From positions 9,672,001 to 9,736,000 of the forward strand of contig NC_043026.1 of the NCBI RefSeq assembly GCF_006345805.1: DNA of 64,000 bases, given 5' to 3'. A program made the position numbers and the translations under genes. Positions 11,894 to 28,568 of this stretch are shown piece after piece. The notes beneath the pieces were generated by a model. The model had not been told where the DNA came from. It did no database searches and saw only the letters and a program-made list of their open reading frames with translations. Each line of letters begins with the position of its first letter. Positions within the stretch are counted from its first letter, which is position 1. The stretch is from Octopus sinensis (taxonomy: Eukaryota).

Positions 11894-12987
11894 TATATAT
11901 ACCTTTCTTGTTTTTGTTCTTATCGTTTAATCTTAGAGATACTTCTGCTTCTATATTTCTGTCCACTGTTTCCCTTCTCTAGTAACACTTATGTAAATGT
12001 ATCCAAGTTTACTCAGCACACAAACTCATCTTCTCAACACTCCAGTCAGATGTGCAGAAATTTTGCTAATAACATCAGAATAGAACAAATATTTCACAGA
12101 AATCTACAGAGTTATAGAAACAGTGTTATATATCTGATTTTTTTATAACATTTTCTTTCGGTTTTAAAAGATGATAAATATTGACAACATATCTTCTATT
12201 ATGCCAAAGTCATCTGATTATTCTGAAATAATAAAGAAACAACAATGTAAGATATAGAGGCTACTAAAGGACATAAATTCAACAATGCAAAATTTACAAC
12301 ATTTCTATTGAAATAAATTTTAGAAATAAACATTTACCTGAACAACTGAACTTTTTAATGTATTAAAATTTACATCACAGAATCTTCTGTGTAGCTTACA
12401 TATTTATAAAGTACAGCTACACCTTCACATTGTGTAATATTATTTAGATTAAACTAGAAAATAGTGGACAATAACATTCTTCTTTCTCCAGACATATAAT
12501 ATGACATTGTTGTTTGGCCTGAAGACAACTCTAACTGGGCAGAAATATGATCAAAGACACTCCATCTATGAACATCCTGTCTTTAGCATTGTATATCTAC
12601 AACTACATTATTCAATACAGTCTTCAATATTTATGACCAAACGGTGAAATTTAAGGGAGATGTGCTATTACTTCTAGCAGGTCGTGTGACAACTGAATGA
12701 GAAGAAACAAAAAAACATTAACAAAAAATACTAGTGGCCTGGCAATTTTTGACCAGTTTGATTCCCCACCATGCGATTTTGGGTTCAGTCCCACAGTGTG
12801 GCACCTACAGCAAGTGTCTTCTACTATAGCATCAGTGCAACCAAAGCCATCTAAATGGATTTGGTAGATAAAAATTCAAAGAAGACTGTCATATGTGTGT
12901 GTGTGTGTTCTTGTTCCGATATCCCATGACAGATGTAAGCACCAACACGTCATTTGATTCTCATCTTCCATGGAAACATGTCTGGAC

Positions 12988-13255
12988 ATCATCATCATCG
13001 TTTAACGTCCGTTCACCATGCTAGCATGGGTTGGACGGTTCGACCAGGGATCTGGGAAACCAGAAGGCTGCACCAGGCTCCAGTCTGATCTGGCAGTGTT
13101 TCTACAGCTGGATGTCCTTCCTAACACCAACCACTCCGTGAGTGTAGTGGGTTCTTTTTACGTGCCACCTGCACAGGTGCCAGGCGAGGCTGGCAACGGC
13201 CACGATCGGATCGGTGCATTTTACGTGGCACCGGCACGGAAGCCTGGGAACATAT
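12988..13255 (-). mobile_element. 3' end of RTE LINE family with (GAT)n tail (other copies: 22850-23075 +, 54150-54260 +)
   Basis: CATCATCATCGTTTAACGTCCG...CCATGCTAGCATGGGTTGGACGG matches the 3' end of the RTE at 48039-48220. Confidence 0.8.
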
Positions 13256-13541
13256 TACCTTGCTTGGGAGCCAGTGAGGGTTGGTGACAGTAAGGACACC
13301 TAGCTCTAACTTCTGCCTCTTTGAATTCTGTCTGAGCCGGGGAAGCAAGGGAAAGTGGCTTTTCAAATCATAATAGAGATGACTTAAATGTAAATCTGAT
13401 AGGTCTTCCATTTTGTTCTGGAGGTCATCTTTGTTTTTTTTTTATATTTGTCAAATTTGCTGCATTCCCGTATTTGAAAAAGGTATAAAATACTGTTACC
13501 ATATTTAATGAGTGAAGTATTTAAAATTTAATAATGAATAA

Positions 13542-13892
13542 GGTAATTGTTCAATTTAGGGATATTAAAAAAAAAAAATTACGGGGGAGATAACTAGTAA
13601 TGGGACATTGTAACATGGCGAATTACAATTTTCGCACGTGTATAAATTCATAATTAGTCAACACCGTGCAAACCACTGAAGAATTTTATTTCGTGATATT
13701 CCAAGTTTGATTCACGATAGAGGATTTCAATTTCAGGAACAATGAATTGCGGTCCCGCTGGTCTTCCCCGTGCGTTCTGCTCAACAAATAATACCCTATT
13801 TATGTTAACGCTAAGTTGATTATGTCCCTTTACTAGTTATCTCCCCCTTAATTTTATTTACTTTTTTAATATCACTAAACTGAATAATTACC
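13542..13892. mobile_element. MITE with ~65-bp TIRs, GGTAA termini and a degenerate 8-bp TSD
   Basis: GGTAATTGTTCAATTTAGGGATATTAAAA...GGGGAGATAACTAGTAATGGGACA pairs with TGTCCCTTTACTAGTTATCTCCCC...TTTTAATATCACTAAACTGAATAATTACC. The flanks ATGAATAA/AAGAATTA match at 6 of 8 positions. Confidence 0.75.
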
Positions 13893-14154
13893 AAGAATTA
13901 CCGGGAAAATTAGGGAAGTGATTTTTAACAGAGCCATATGTAGGGTTGCCAGGAGGAAGATTTTCAGTATTGAGTTCCCTACATCATAGTAAATGAAACG
14001 GGGATGGAAGCGATGGAGCTGGGAGAAAATTTAAAAAGAAAGAAGAAAAAAAATGAAATTTTGGGGAAAACTTATTTACAGAGCCTTAATGTAAATTACA
14101 CGAAACACAGGAAATATTAAAAAGAAGAAATTTACAAAAGAAGCAATACAAACG

Positions 14155-15630
<1,476 letters not shown>

Positions 15631-17905
15631 ATTATCGTTCTCGAGTCACTTTTTTTTTAGTACACATCGTTTAATCTTACAAATACTTCCAAATACTGTA
15701 TTTCTGTCCACTGTCACCTCTCTCTCTCTAGCAACACTTAAGTTCACTCAACACACAAACTCATCTTCTCAACACTCCAGCCAGTGATATGCAGAAATTT
15801 TGCTAATAATATCAGATTACAACAAATATACTTCGTAGGACTGCTATGTGCAACACATTCATTTGGTCTTTAAATAATGAGAATGTAAACTACAGCTATA
15901 CCTTCACCCTGTATTACAACTTCGATTGAACTACATGATATTGGACAATAACATTCTACTTCCTCCTGACATAATTTGACATTGTTGTTTGGTCTGAAGA
16001 TAGCTCTAACTGAACTGAAATACGATGAAAGACATTCATTCCATCTAATATTATCCTGTCTTTCTCTTAGCATTGTATACCGAGGACTACGTCATTCAAT
16101 ACAGTCTCCAATATTGATGATCAAAAGGTCATATTTAAAGGAGATGTGCTCTTATTTCTAGTAGGTCGTGTGACCACATACAGAACTACGAAGAAAACTA
16201 TGTTCTTTTCACAGGACCAACAATTTTATTACAATACAAACAAAAATAACATTGATGAATGAAGAAAGGAAACTGAACAAAGGGAACAAATGAAGAAAAA
16301 ATTACGACTGGCCAGGTAGTGGTTAAGAAGTTTCATTCTCAACCATGTGATTTCAGGTTCGGTACCAAAGTGAAAATAATTCTATCATAGCACTAGTGCA
16401 ACCAAAACCATATAAGTGGATTTGGTAGATGGAAACTGAAAGAAGACTGTTGTGTGTGTCTTCACATCATGTGATGTATTTCAATGGGCATTAACATGCC
16501 TGGAATATGTCCAGACACAGAGAAATATTACATTGCTTGGAACAGGAAGGATATCTGACCATAAAAATTCTCCCTCTATGAATTCTGTCTGACTGAGGCA
16601 AGTATGGGAAAGTAGCATTTCAAACCATAATAATTACGATGACTCGATTAAATTTCATTTATGGAGTGGTTTTCCTTAGCAGGGACCTCTTATTCAGAAC
16701 ATCATCATCATCATCATCATCGTTTATTTGTCCAACTTTTCACGCTTGCATGGATCAGCTCCCTCACCTGTATCCGAGGAAATATTCCTATGCCAGGGAC
16801 ACAGGAGATTCGAAAAGAATAATAATGCTTATATAACGGTGACACTCATTGACAATAATAACATGATGTGAATACAAGGAGATACAAACACAAAGTTATG
16901 CACTCACACACAGACAAATATATATATAAATATCCTGACACATTCCTTTCTCTCTCTGTTGTTCTTTCTCCATTTTTATCCCCGTCGTCCCTTTGTGTCG
17001 AAGAGCCCATTCCATATGAATTCAAAGTTAAAAGAACTTAGCATGTGACCAACTTAGATTTGGTTCATTTTTTTTTTTTTTTTTTTTGTTGTTGTAATAC
17101 TTCTATATACATAAGGAACACATACATATCTTTAGGGTTCACCCTCTCAGGGTTTCAAAGACATACCCTGCCAAAATTAGAAGACCATAGCCCTCGCGGA
17201 GCATAAGTTTATACAGGTTTTGGTGCTAATCATGAGTTGAAATGAAACAATATTCAAAGTTCCCCCAAGATGTCTAATACAAGCAAATGTCTACTGCGTT
17301 CTTTCAATTTGAGGACTGATTTGTTCAAGATAAGAATATTGACAATGTACAAGACATAATATAATATTTAGAGGCCTCTGAAAATGGTTCCAGATGAAAA
17401 AAAGCACCTTCTTGACAATTTTCGCCTCACCAGTTCACCATTTAGGCAACTAAATAAACAAGGGACTGGAAACCCATTCTCCAGGAACATATAGATCCAA
17501 ATTTATTCAAAATTTTAACTTTTCTTATCCTTTTAGTTAATTCGGTTTTCAAATAACACTGTTTTTTTTTTGTTTTTAGCTTATACGTTTTTTCATCGTA
17601 TGGAAAATTATTGGATCAAATAGACTAGTGTACACAGTGACCCCTGGTAAATTCACGCAAACACTCCATTATTTGTAATGAATTTCATGTGCGAACTTTT
17701 GGCATGTTGGCATAAGTCCTCTAAATCCAAAATATTGACTCACATCAATACATGAATGTATGATAATCATTTTGCATTTAATTTTAATACATAATTTGGC
17801 TACATTGAGTATGAATTTAGAAGAGACGCTACAGTGCATTATTAACTCTTGTACCAGATAGTTAGTCTTGGAAAAAACATCAAAACCTTTGATGCAAGTG
17901 ATCAT

Positions 17906-18282
17906 AGGCGCAGAAGTGGCTGTGTGGTAAGTAACTTGCTAACCAACCACATGGTTCCAGGTTCAGTCCCACTGCGTGGAATCTTGGGTAAGTGTCTTCT
18001 GCTATAGCCCCGGGCCGACCAATGCCTTGTGAGTGGATTTGGTAGACGGAAACTGAAAGAAGCCTGTCGTATATATGTATGTATGTGTTTGTCCTCCTAG
18101 CATTGCTTGACAACCGATGGTGGTGTGTTTACGTCCCCTGTCAATTAGCGGTTCGGCAAAAGAGACCGATAGAATAAGTATTGGGCTTACAAAGAATAAG
18201 TTCCAGGGTCGATTTGCTCGACTAAAGGCGGTGCTCCAGCATGGCCGCAGTCAAATGACTGAAACGAGTAAAAGAGAGTATA
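17906..18282 (+). mobile_element. tRNA-derived SINE family A (bipartite, central TA/TG microsatellite). Other copies: 20820-21100 +, 22301-22685 +, 27660-27790 -, 32989-33375 +, 33885-34225 -, 36355-36485 +, 39690-40070 -, 54281-54665 +, 55118-55745 +
   Basis: Head GGCGCAGGAGTGGCTGTGTGGTAAG...GGTTCAGTCCCACTGCGTGG (A/B-box-like) and tail GGCGGTGCTCCAGCATGGCCGCAGTCAAATGACTGAAACAAGTAAAAGAG recur in near-identical form. Confidence 0.9.
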
Positions 18283-18640
18283 TGGTATGGAGATCACAGC
18301 AACCGAAGAAAGAAAAGGATATTTTGGCTGATCCTGACCCAAAGAAGTGTGGAAGAGCACTTGCTTCTGACGTCATGAAACAGATAATGCAATTCTATGA
18401 GTCGGAGGGTTATATGCATGTTTGTCCATGTAAAAGGGAATTTGTTATTGTAAAGCAGCAGAATAGAGTAAAGGTCCACCGGCAAAAGCAGCTGCTGCTA
18501 ATGAATCTGCAAGAACTTTTTGTGGAATACAAGAGGTTGTACCCTGCAGATAAGACAGGCTTTTCGAAGTTTTAAGATTTGCAACTGAAATGGTGTGCTC
18601 CAGTTGCTACTTTGGGCACCACGTTCAGATAGTGCTTTTT
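18282..18640 (+). mobile_element. Fragment of a DNA-transposon transposase N-terminal region (superfamily unassigned)
   Basis: QFYESE...CPCKREFV...QKQLLLMNLQELFVEYK..YP..KTGFSKF*.LQLKWC resembles, from memory, a motif series in invertebrate DNA transposon proteins. It has a stop and is truncated. Confidence 0.45.
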
Positions 18641-20700
18641 ATGCACTACCAGCGCAGGGAGCCGGTCAGGCAGCACTGGCAACAACCCATGCATGAATGG
18701 TGCTTTTGCGTGCCACCAGCATAGGAGCCAGACACGTGGCACTGGCATCGGCCACAACTACAATTTCAATTTTTGATTGAGATTCTGATTGTGATTTGAT
18801 TTTGATTTTTGATTTTATTTGACTCTATAGGTCATCCTATGATTCAAAGGTACTTTTTAAATGGGTTGATTATGCGACACTCGTATAGGCTATGGCTGTG
18901 ATCTCGCTTTACTTGCTGGGTCTTCTCAATTGGCATATCTCCAGAGATCTCGGTCTCATCATTGCCTCTGTGAGGCCCAACATTCGATGGTCATGCTTCA
19001 CCACCTCATCCCATGTCTTCCTGGGTCTCCCACTTCCACAAGTTCCTTCCATTGTTAGGGAGTGACACTTCTTCACACAGCTCTCCTCATCCATATGCAG
19101 CACATGACCATATCAGTGTAGTTGTCTCTCTTGCACACCACATCTGATGCTTCTTATGCCCAACTTTTCTCTCAGGGCGCTTACAATCTCTTGTGTGTGG
19201 AAACTATCGTTACACATCCAGCGATCATATTAGCTTCATTTCTTTCAGGCCTATGAATGTCCTTAACAGTCATGGCCCATTTTCACTGCTGTGAAGCATG
19301 GCAGTATGCACACAAGCATCATAGTCTATCTTTCACTCTGAGCGAGAGGCCCTTTGTCACCAGCAGTGGTAGGAGCTTTCTGAGCTTTGCCCAGGCTATT
19401 CTTATTCTAGTGGCAATGCTTTCAGAGCCTCCACCCCAACTACAGACTTGGTCACCTAGGTAGTGGAAGCTATCGACTACTTTTAGTTTTTTCCCCTGGC
19501 ATGTGATGGAATCTGTTTTCTGAACATCATCAGTGTTTATTGCCCCTGTGCATCTGCCGCACACAAAAGCTATCATCCTGGTTAACCTTCTTTTGATGTT
19601 GCTGCACCTCTTATGCATCCATAGCTTACACTGGGTACATCTTATGGAGTTTCTACCTACACCTTTTCTACAGATTGAACAGGGCCATCAACCCGAAGGA
19701 GTTTGTGATTTGTTTGCCTCCCTACTTACTAGGACTTTGGTTTTTGCAACATTGACTCTAAGGCCCTAACCCTCCAGATCCTTCTTTTCTGGATTGGTCT
19801 GCTTCTTGGCATCCTTCTGGCTTTGAGTCTAAAGTCACTAATCACTAATCTATGCTGGGGGTTACGTTCTTCACCAGGGAGGGTCTTTGTATTTAAGAGC
19901 AACTGTACTTCCCATTGTCTGGTGAGGATGAAATCAATCTGGCTAGTAGTCATTTGTTTGATAGGTTATCAGGTGGCTGTCTAGCTTCGTGAAGTTGGTG
20001 TTGCAGTTTAATAGATTGCTTGCCTCACAGAACTCCAGTAGCTTAGTTTCCTCTTCATTTCAGGAACCAATTCCATGGCCCCCATGAACAACATGCAACA
20101 TACCAGATTGCCGTCTGACATGCCCATTAAATCTCCAGCCACAAAGATGAGGTCATTGCCACTCATCTTTGAGGTAGCCTGTAGAAGGATGTCATAAAAG
20201 TGGTCCTTCTGATCATTTGGTAGGCATGCTTGTGGGGCTTACGCAGAGATAATTGTAGCTATACTATTCTGCAAGACTAGCCGGAACTTAAGCACTCTGT
20301 CATATACCCTGACTACCTCTATGACCTTATCCACCCATTTCTCCGCAAGTAGTATGCCTACACCCACTACTCCATCACTGTTACCTTCCCAGAAGATTTT
20401 ATACCTGTGTGCCTTGCCTGTGAGGACCCTGGCTGAAGCTCCTCCTCTCCACTTTACCTCTTGTATGCAGCATATATCAACACGTCTCTGTTCAAGAATC
20501 TCTACAATCTTACTAGGCCTACATTGACAGTGCTAACTCTAAAAACTGAGAAAGGACCGTGGGAGGAGGCATGTAAAGGGGAGTTGTTATTCAGCACCTG
20601 AAAAGAAGATTTCTGTGTTCGTTTGATAGACATGCTACTCCTGTTCTCACTTTTGACCTGTCATCATTCAAGAATGTTAAGATTGTTGCCCCTACCAGGG
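18640..20700 (-). mobile_element. RTE LINE internal-deletion derivative (APE endonuclease region + post-RT region + 3' UTR; RT missing)
   Basis: Degenerate endonuclease translation (DICCIQEV.WRGG...SQIDFIL...QHRLVISDF) is joined near 19765 to the LESxGxxVNxAKTK post-RT segment homologous to 48718-49600. Confidence 0.8.
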
Positions 20701-21445
20701 ATAGGAGTAAATGTTAGCGTTGTTGTAAGTATGTGTTATGAATATTGTAAATTTAAGCACTACTGGTGCTGCAGATATAAGTATAAATAAATAAAAGTAA
20801 ATATGAATATCAATATGTCAATAGCCTCGGGCCGACCAATGCCTTGTGAGTGGATTTGGTAGACGGAAACTGAAAGAAGCCTGTCGTATATATGTATGTA
20901 TGTGTTTGTCCCCCTAGCATTGCTTGACAACCGTTGCTGGTGTGTTTACGTCCCCTTCACTTAGCGGTTCGGCAAAAAGAGACTGATAAAATAAGTACTG
21001 GGCTTACAAAGAATAAGTCCCAGGGTCGATTTGCTCGACTAAAGGTGGTGCTCCAGCATGGCTGCAGTCAAATGACTGAAACAAGTAAAAGAGAGAGTAT
21101 GTCAGTGTTAGATTAAGTAGGTGGGCTGCTAAGCTAGTTGCATTTGTCCTGGGTGGGGGCAGAATTGCAGGTGTGATAGAGGATACCAGCAGTGAGGGAG
21201 CAGTTTCCGGTATTGGTGGTGGGCGGGTGCATCGCGAACAATCAAGGGTTATTTACGAGATAGTACGAAAAAGTACGTAGCCAACATGGAAACACAGGAG
21301 GAAAGGAGAGCTAATGGTTTTAGAGAGATTTCATTTGGAAATTACCTGAAGAATTAGGGAGAAAACTAAGGCTGAGAGAGAAAGACTAGTAGGTTATATA
21401 TTGAAGAGTCAATTTAGATAATTAGCTTACAAAAATACATAGTAA

Positions 21446-21612
21446 ATAATAAATAGAGAATACCAAACGAGTTCCCTATGGATACCGTATTTATTACAAC
21501 GAGTGGCTTGTAAACGTATCTAACAAGTGAAAGCGAGTTAGATACGTTTACAAGCCACGAGTTGTAATAAATATGGTATCCAATAGGGAACTCGTTTGGT
21601 ATTTTATTTATT
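21446..21612. repeat. Near-perfect hairpin, ~78-bp arms and 12-nt loop
   Basis: AATACCAAACGAGTTCCCTATGGATACCGTATTTATTACAACGAGTGGCTTGTAAACGTATCTAAC pairs with GTTAGATACGTTTACAAGCCACGAGTTGTAATAAATATGGTATCCAATAGGGAACTCGTTTGGTATT. Confidence 0.9.
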
Positions 21613-21845
21613 ACACACGAATAAACGACCATATTTTAATCTTAACAAAATCATTCACCTTGATATCGACAACAGTAGCCATCTTGTTGATAGATCTACC
21701 TGCACTGCAAGAGTATCGACGAGCAGACGAAATATGTTGTGATTTTTTTGGCAACAAAAAATTGAATTACCACCAGAAATGTTTATATTTTATGTGTATA
21801 TGACTAAGTGATATCTGGTATAAAAAGGATAGTATGTTTGTTTAA

Positions 21846-22065
21846 CCCTTTAGTGCTCACATTATTCTACCAAAACTAATGCTTCTTTATCCAAATTGTT
21901 TTGAACTAATCATGCATTATCTTGTAGCTATGAGATTTTGATGAGGTAGCTGTTAATTTTTAAAACGATATTGTAGGGTTGGTGTGAGAGACCAGATCTG
22001 GCCAGTTTGAACATAAAACAGGCAGAATACTTTTGGCCGGATATGGCCGGTTAAATGCTAAAGGG
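21846..22065. mobile_element. piggyBac-like MITE
   Basis: TTAA-CCCTTTAG ... CTAAAGGG-TTAA. Confidence 0.85.
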
Positions 22066-23077
22066 TTAATTACATGGCTACATTCTACCTGCTCGTGAAA
22101 GTAATGAATGAAGTTTAGTTGTAACTTATGAATGACAAAAGTAGTGCCGTCACCGTGACCTCGGGTCATCACCATGGTTTGACCAATCAGAAGCAGCGCT
22201 CGCAGTATCTGACATATGTTAGATACCAAAAATACCTCAAAGTGTTCTCACTCACGTGTGTAATAAATGAATGAAAATAACAGAAAAAAATATGAGAGAT
22301 AGGCGCAGGAGTGGCTGTGTGGTAAGTAGCTTGCTAACCAACCACATGGTTCCGGGTTCAGTCCCACTGCGTGGCATCTTGGGCAAGTGTCTTCTGCTAT
22401 AGCCTCGGGCCGACCAATGCCTTGTGAGTGGATTTGGTAGACAGAAACTGAAAGAAGCCTGTCGTATATATGTATATATATATGTGTCTGTGTTTGTCCC
22501 CCTAGCATTGCTTGACAACCGATGCTGGTGTTTATGTCCCCATTACTTAGCGGTTCGGCAAGAGAGACCGATAGAATAAGTACTGGGCTTACAAAGAATA
22601 AGACCCGGGGTCGATTTGCTCGACTAAAGGCGGTGCTCCAGCATGGCCGCAGTCAAATGACTGAAACAAGTAAAAGAGAGTAATATCTTAGCAGTGCATA
22701 ACTAGGTGTCAATAGATACCAACACAGGAGTGAGTTTCATGAAAATCTGAGAAAGGTATTTTTATAGATATGCTATGATCAGAAGTGGACATTATAAATG
22801 GGCAGGTCCACTTACAAAAACACCCAGTCCACACTGTAAAGTGATTGGCATTTGGAAGGACATCTTGCTGTAAAAGCCATACCAAAACTGACCTCTCCTG
22901 TACAAATGCCACATAACAAGCACTCAGCCCCCACTCAACAGAGTGGTTGGTGTCAGGAAGGGCATCCAACCATAAAAACAAAGCCGAAACAGATACAGAA
23001 GCATGGTGCAGCTCCTGTCAAACCGTCCAACCCATGCCAGCATGGAAGGAGGATGTTAAATGATGATGATGATCCAA

Positions 23078-23800
23078 GGCGGTGAGCTGGCAGAAACGTT
23101 AGCACGGTGGGTGAAATGCTTAGCGGTATTTCGTCTGCTGCTACGTTCTGAGTTCAAATTCCGCCGAGGTCGACTTTGCCTTTCATCCTTTGGGGTCAGT
23201 AAATTAAGTACCAGTTACGCACTGGGGTCGATCTAATCGACTTAATACCTATGTTTGTCCTCTCTAGCCCCTTGTGGGTAATAAAGAAATAGGTATTTCG
23301 TCTGTGTTATGTTGTGAGTTCAAATTCCGCCTAGGTTGACTTTGCCTTTCATCCTTTTGGGGTCGATAAATTAAGTACCAGTTACGCACTGGGGTCGACC
23401 TAATCGACTTAATACCTATGTCTGTCCTTGTTTAGCCCCTTGTGGGTAATAAAGAAATAGGCATTTCGTCTGCGTTACGTTGTGAGTTCAAATTCCGCCT
23501 AGGTTGACTTTGCCTTTCATCCTTTTGGGGTCGATAAATTAAGTACCAGTTACGCACTGGGGTCGACCTAATCGACTTAATACCTATGTCTGTCCTTGTT
23601 TAGCCCCTTGTGGGTAATAAAGAAATAGGCATTTCGTCTGCGTTACGTTGTGAGTTCAAATTCCGCCGAGGTTGACTTTGCCTTTCATCCTTTCGGGTTC
23701 GATAAATTAAGTACCAGTTACGCACTGGGGTCGATCTAATCGACTTAATCCGTTTGTTTGTCCTCTCTGTGTTCAGCCCCTTGTGGGTAGTAAAGAAATA
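23078..23800 (+). mobile_element. SINE family B tetramer: one full copy plus three 168-bp head-less repeats, within a 16-bp TSD
   Basis: Junctions AAAGAAATAG|G(T/C)ATTTCGTCTG at ~23293, 23461 and 23629. GATGATGATGATCCAA flanks both sides (23062-23077, 23801-23816). Confidence 0.9.
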
Positions 23801-24234
23801 GATGATGATGATCCAAACAAATTCGGGTATGTGTATATAATTACAATTCAAATATGATAGCAATGCCTTCTATTTGTGCTTACCAATCACGGCATACAGA
23901 ATATGAGAGCAAAAAGTCCCATACCTCAAATAAAAGAAAATAAAAGTGCAGTCTTTTTGTTTTGAATAAAGATTTCATTTAATAATTTTTGAGTAACATC
24001 TTGACTGAATATTCCTGTCTCTTTTTATATCCATTTTTCAGAGTTATGAGGAAACAGATTGCTAGTGGGGTGGATATACATCAGTAGTTATACCCAAGAA
24101 ACAAGCATTCAATAAATTATAATAAAGTTTTGGTTTCTGAACATTTCAGTGGTTGGAGTATATTTGAGAATATTTCTTTAACTAAAACAAACAACAAACT
24201 AAGGTGGCGACAAAGGAGTGGATAGAGGGTAGCT

Positions 24235-25290
24235 TCCATAGCTAGAAAGAGCAGCCAAATCTCACTCAGATTATAGATATCTCTCTTTCATAGCTAGAAA
24301 GAGCAGCCAAATCTTGCATAAACCATACACATTTCTCATCCATAGCTAGAAAGAGCAACCAAATCTTGCATAAACCATACACATTTCTCATCCATAGCTA
24401 GAAAGAGCAGCCAAATCTCACTCAGATCATAGATATCTCTCTTTCATAGCTAGAAAGAGCAGCCAAATCTTGCATAAACCATACACATTTCTCATCCATA
24501 GATAGAGCAGTCAAATATCACACAGATCATAGATATCTCTCTTTCATAGCTAGAAAGAGCAGCCAAATCTTGCATAAACCATACACATTTCTCATCCATA
24601 GCTAGAAAGAGCAGCCAAATCTCACTCAGATCATAGATATCTCTCTTTCATAGCTAGAAAGAGCAGCCAAATCTTGCATAAACCATACACATTTCTCATC
24701 CATAGATAGAGCAGTCAAATATCACACAGATCATGGACATCTCTCTTTCTCAGCTAGAAAGAGCAGCCAAATCTCACTCAGATCATAGATATCTCTCTTT
24801 CATAGCTAGAAAGAGCAGCCAAATCTTGCATAAATCATACACATTTCTCATCCATAGCTAGAAAGAGCAGCCAAATCTCACTCAGATCATAGATATCTCT
24901 CTTTCATAGCTAGAAAGAGCAGCCAAATCTTGCATAAACCATACACATTTCTCATCCATAGCTAGAAAGAGCAGCCAAATCTCACTCAGATCATAGATAT
25001 CTCTCTTTCATAGCTAGAAAGAGCAGCCAAATCTTGCATAAACCATACACATTTCTCATCCATAGATAGAGCAGTCAAATATCACACAGATCATGGACAT
25101 CTCTCTTTCTCAGCTAGAAAGAGCAGCCAAATCTTGCACAGATCATGGATATCTCTCTTTCATAGATATCACAGTTCCATAGCTAGAAAGAGCAGCCAAT
25201 TTTGACACAAATCATAAACATTTCCCATAGCTAGAAACAGCAGCCAAATCTCACACAAATCATAGACATCTCTCATTCACAGCTAGAATG
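24235..25290. repeat. ~1.05-kb minisatellite with 48-52-bp monomers in higher-order arrangement
   Basis: Monomer types CATAGCTAGAAAGAGCAGCCAAATCTCACTCAGATCATAGATATCTCTCTTT (A), ...ATCTTGCATAAACCATACACATTTCTCATC (B) and CATAGATAGAGCAGTCAAATATCACACAG (C) alternate. Confidence 0.92.
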
Positions 25291-25319
25291 AGTTAAATTA
25301 GATATCACAATAATGTGAC

Positions 25320-27131
<1,812 letters not shown>

Positions 27132-27807
27132 AATTTTTTTTTCTCTCAAATCACAATGTATATATTTTTCTTCCTTTTGTTCTTATACTTTATTCCTTAC
27201 AACTATTTCTACTACTGTATTTCTGTCCAGTATTAACTTAGTCTTACAACTTGTTTGGAAATTTATCAAAGTTTAATCAGCACACAAGCTCATATTCTTG
27301 TTACTCCAGTGAGTGGTGTGTAAAAATTTTGCTAATAATCTCAGATCAGAACAAATATTTCATATGAATTTAATCACAGGCTTAGAGAAACAGTGTTATA
27401 CATCAGCTCTGTATAAAATTTTCCTGAGTATACCGAGGATGTATCTTCTGTTATGCCAATGTCATCTGATATTCTGAAATAATAAAGAAACATCAGTGTA
27501 AGGTATAAAGGCTAGTTCAAAAATACAGATTCAACAATGGAAAATTTACGTTTCTATAGAGATAAACTGTAGTATAAATATTTACCTGAACAACTGAACT
27601 TGTTAATTTATGAAAATTTACATCACAGATATTGGGGGGACGGGCTTCTTTCAGTTGACCAAATCCACACACAAGGCTTTGGTCGGCCCGAAGCTATAGT
27701 AGAAGCCACTTGCCCAAGGTGCCACGCAGTGGGACTGAACCCGGAACCATGTGGTTCATAAGCAAGCTACTTACCACACAACCACTCATACATATATATA
27801 CACACAC

Positions 27808-27839
<32 letters not shown>

Positions 27840-28299
27840 CATTTGACACATACAAATATATATTATATACAGTTATGAGAGAAAAACTTGGATCTTGTGA
27901 ATTTTCCGAAGTCCTCTCCACACCTTTTGGAAAAGGTTTTCCCCACAAATTACTTTATAATCGTAATGTATGCCGTTTGAAAAGTATTTCTATAAAATCG
28001 TTGGCGCAAACTTGTTTTCAAATACGTTTTACTTTTACTTAAATTCAAGTTCAAAGCTGTGGCCATGCTGGGGCACCGCCGTTTTGTCACACTGTTATTA
28101 TTGAGAGCCTCCTCTGATATGTGGCGTTTGGTGAATAAGGGAGTTTAATACACATTTTTTTGTTTTGGTGACCGGGAGTTAAAGTGAACATTAGCCCCAA
28201 AATTTTTTTTAAAAAACCCGTCAAAACGGAGAAATACCAATTTGTTGGTGCTACCAATCTCCGACGTCCGCCCACAAATCATAGCCATCTCTCATCCGA

Positions 28300-28481
28300 G
28301 ATAAAAGATTGAATATTTTCATTGTTTAATACGGAAATGTTTCATAAAGGATAGTATCGTTATAAATGCGAGCATTATGTGTATTAAATGTATTAAAAGT
28401 ATGGTAAGTACAGGAAATTCAAGTAAAAGACATATTTGCTGCTAAATCAAAGACCAGAGTACGTTTAATGCGCATGCGCAT
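28300..28481 (-). promoter_or_regulatory. Promoter / exon-1 block of ZNF unit 3 (degenerate donor)
   Basis: ATGCGCATGCGCAT at 28468-28481. The block is homologous to 40300-40455, 52535-52735, 59165-59340 and 61430-61620. Confidence 0.6.
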
Positions 28482-28568
28482 CTTTTATACGTAATATTTA
28501 CAGTAGCTAACACTTGTTACTTCCCTTTAATTTTTACAATACTTCCATCGATTGTGTGTCTATGTATA

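Noticed and set aside
17060-17905. Possible coding relic between units 2 and 3
   Set aside because: Only short ORFs with no motif I could recognise.
24235-25290. Regularly spaced repeats resembling a CRISPR array
   Set aside because: The spacers are themselves repeated, there are no cas genes and the context is eukaryotic. It is a minisatellite.
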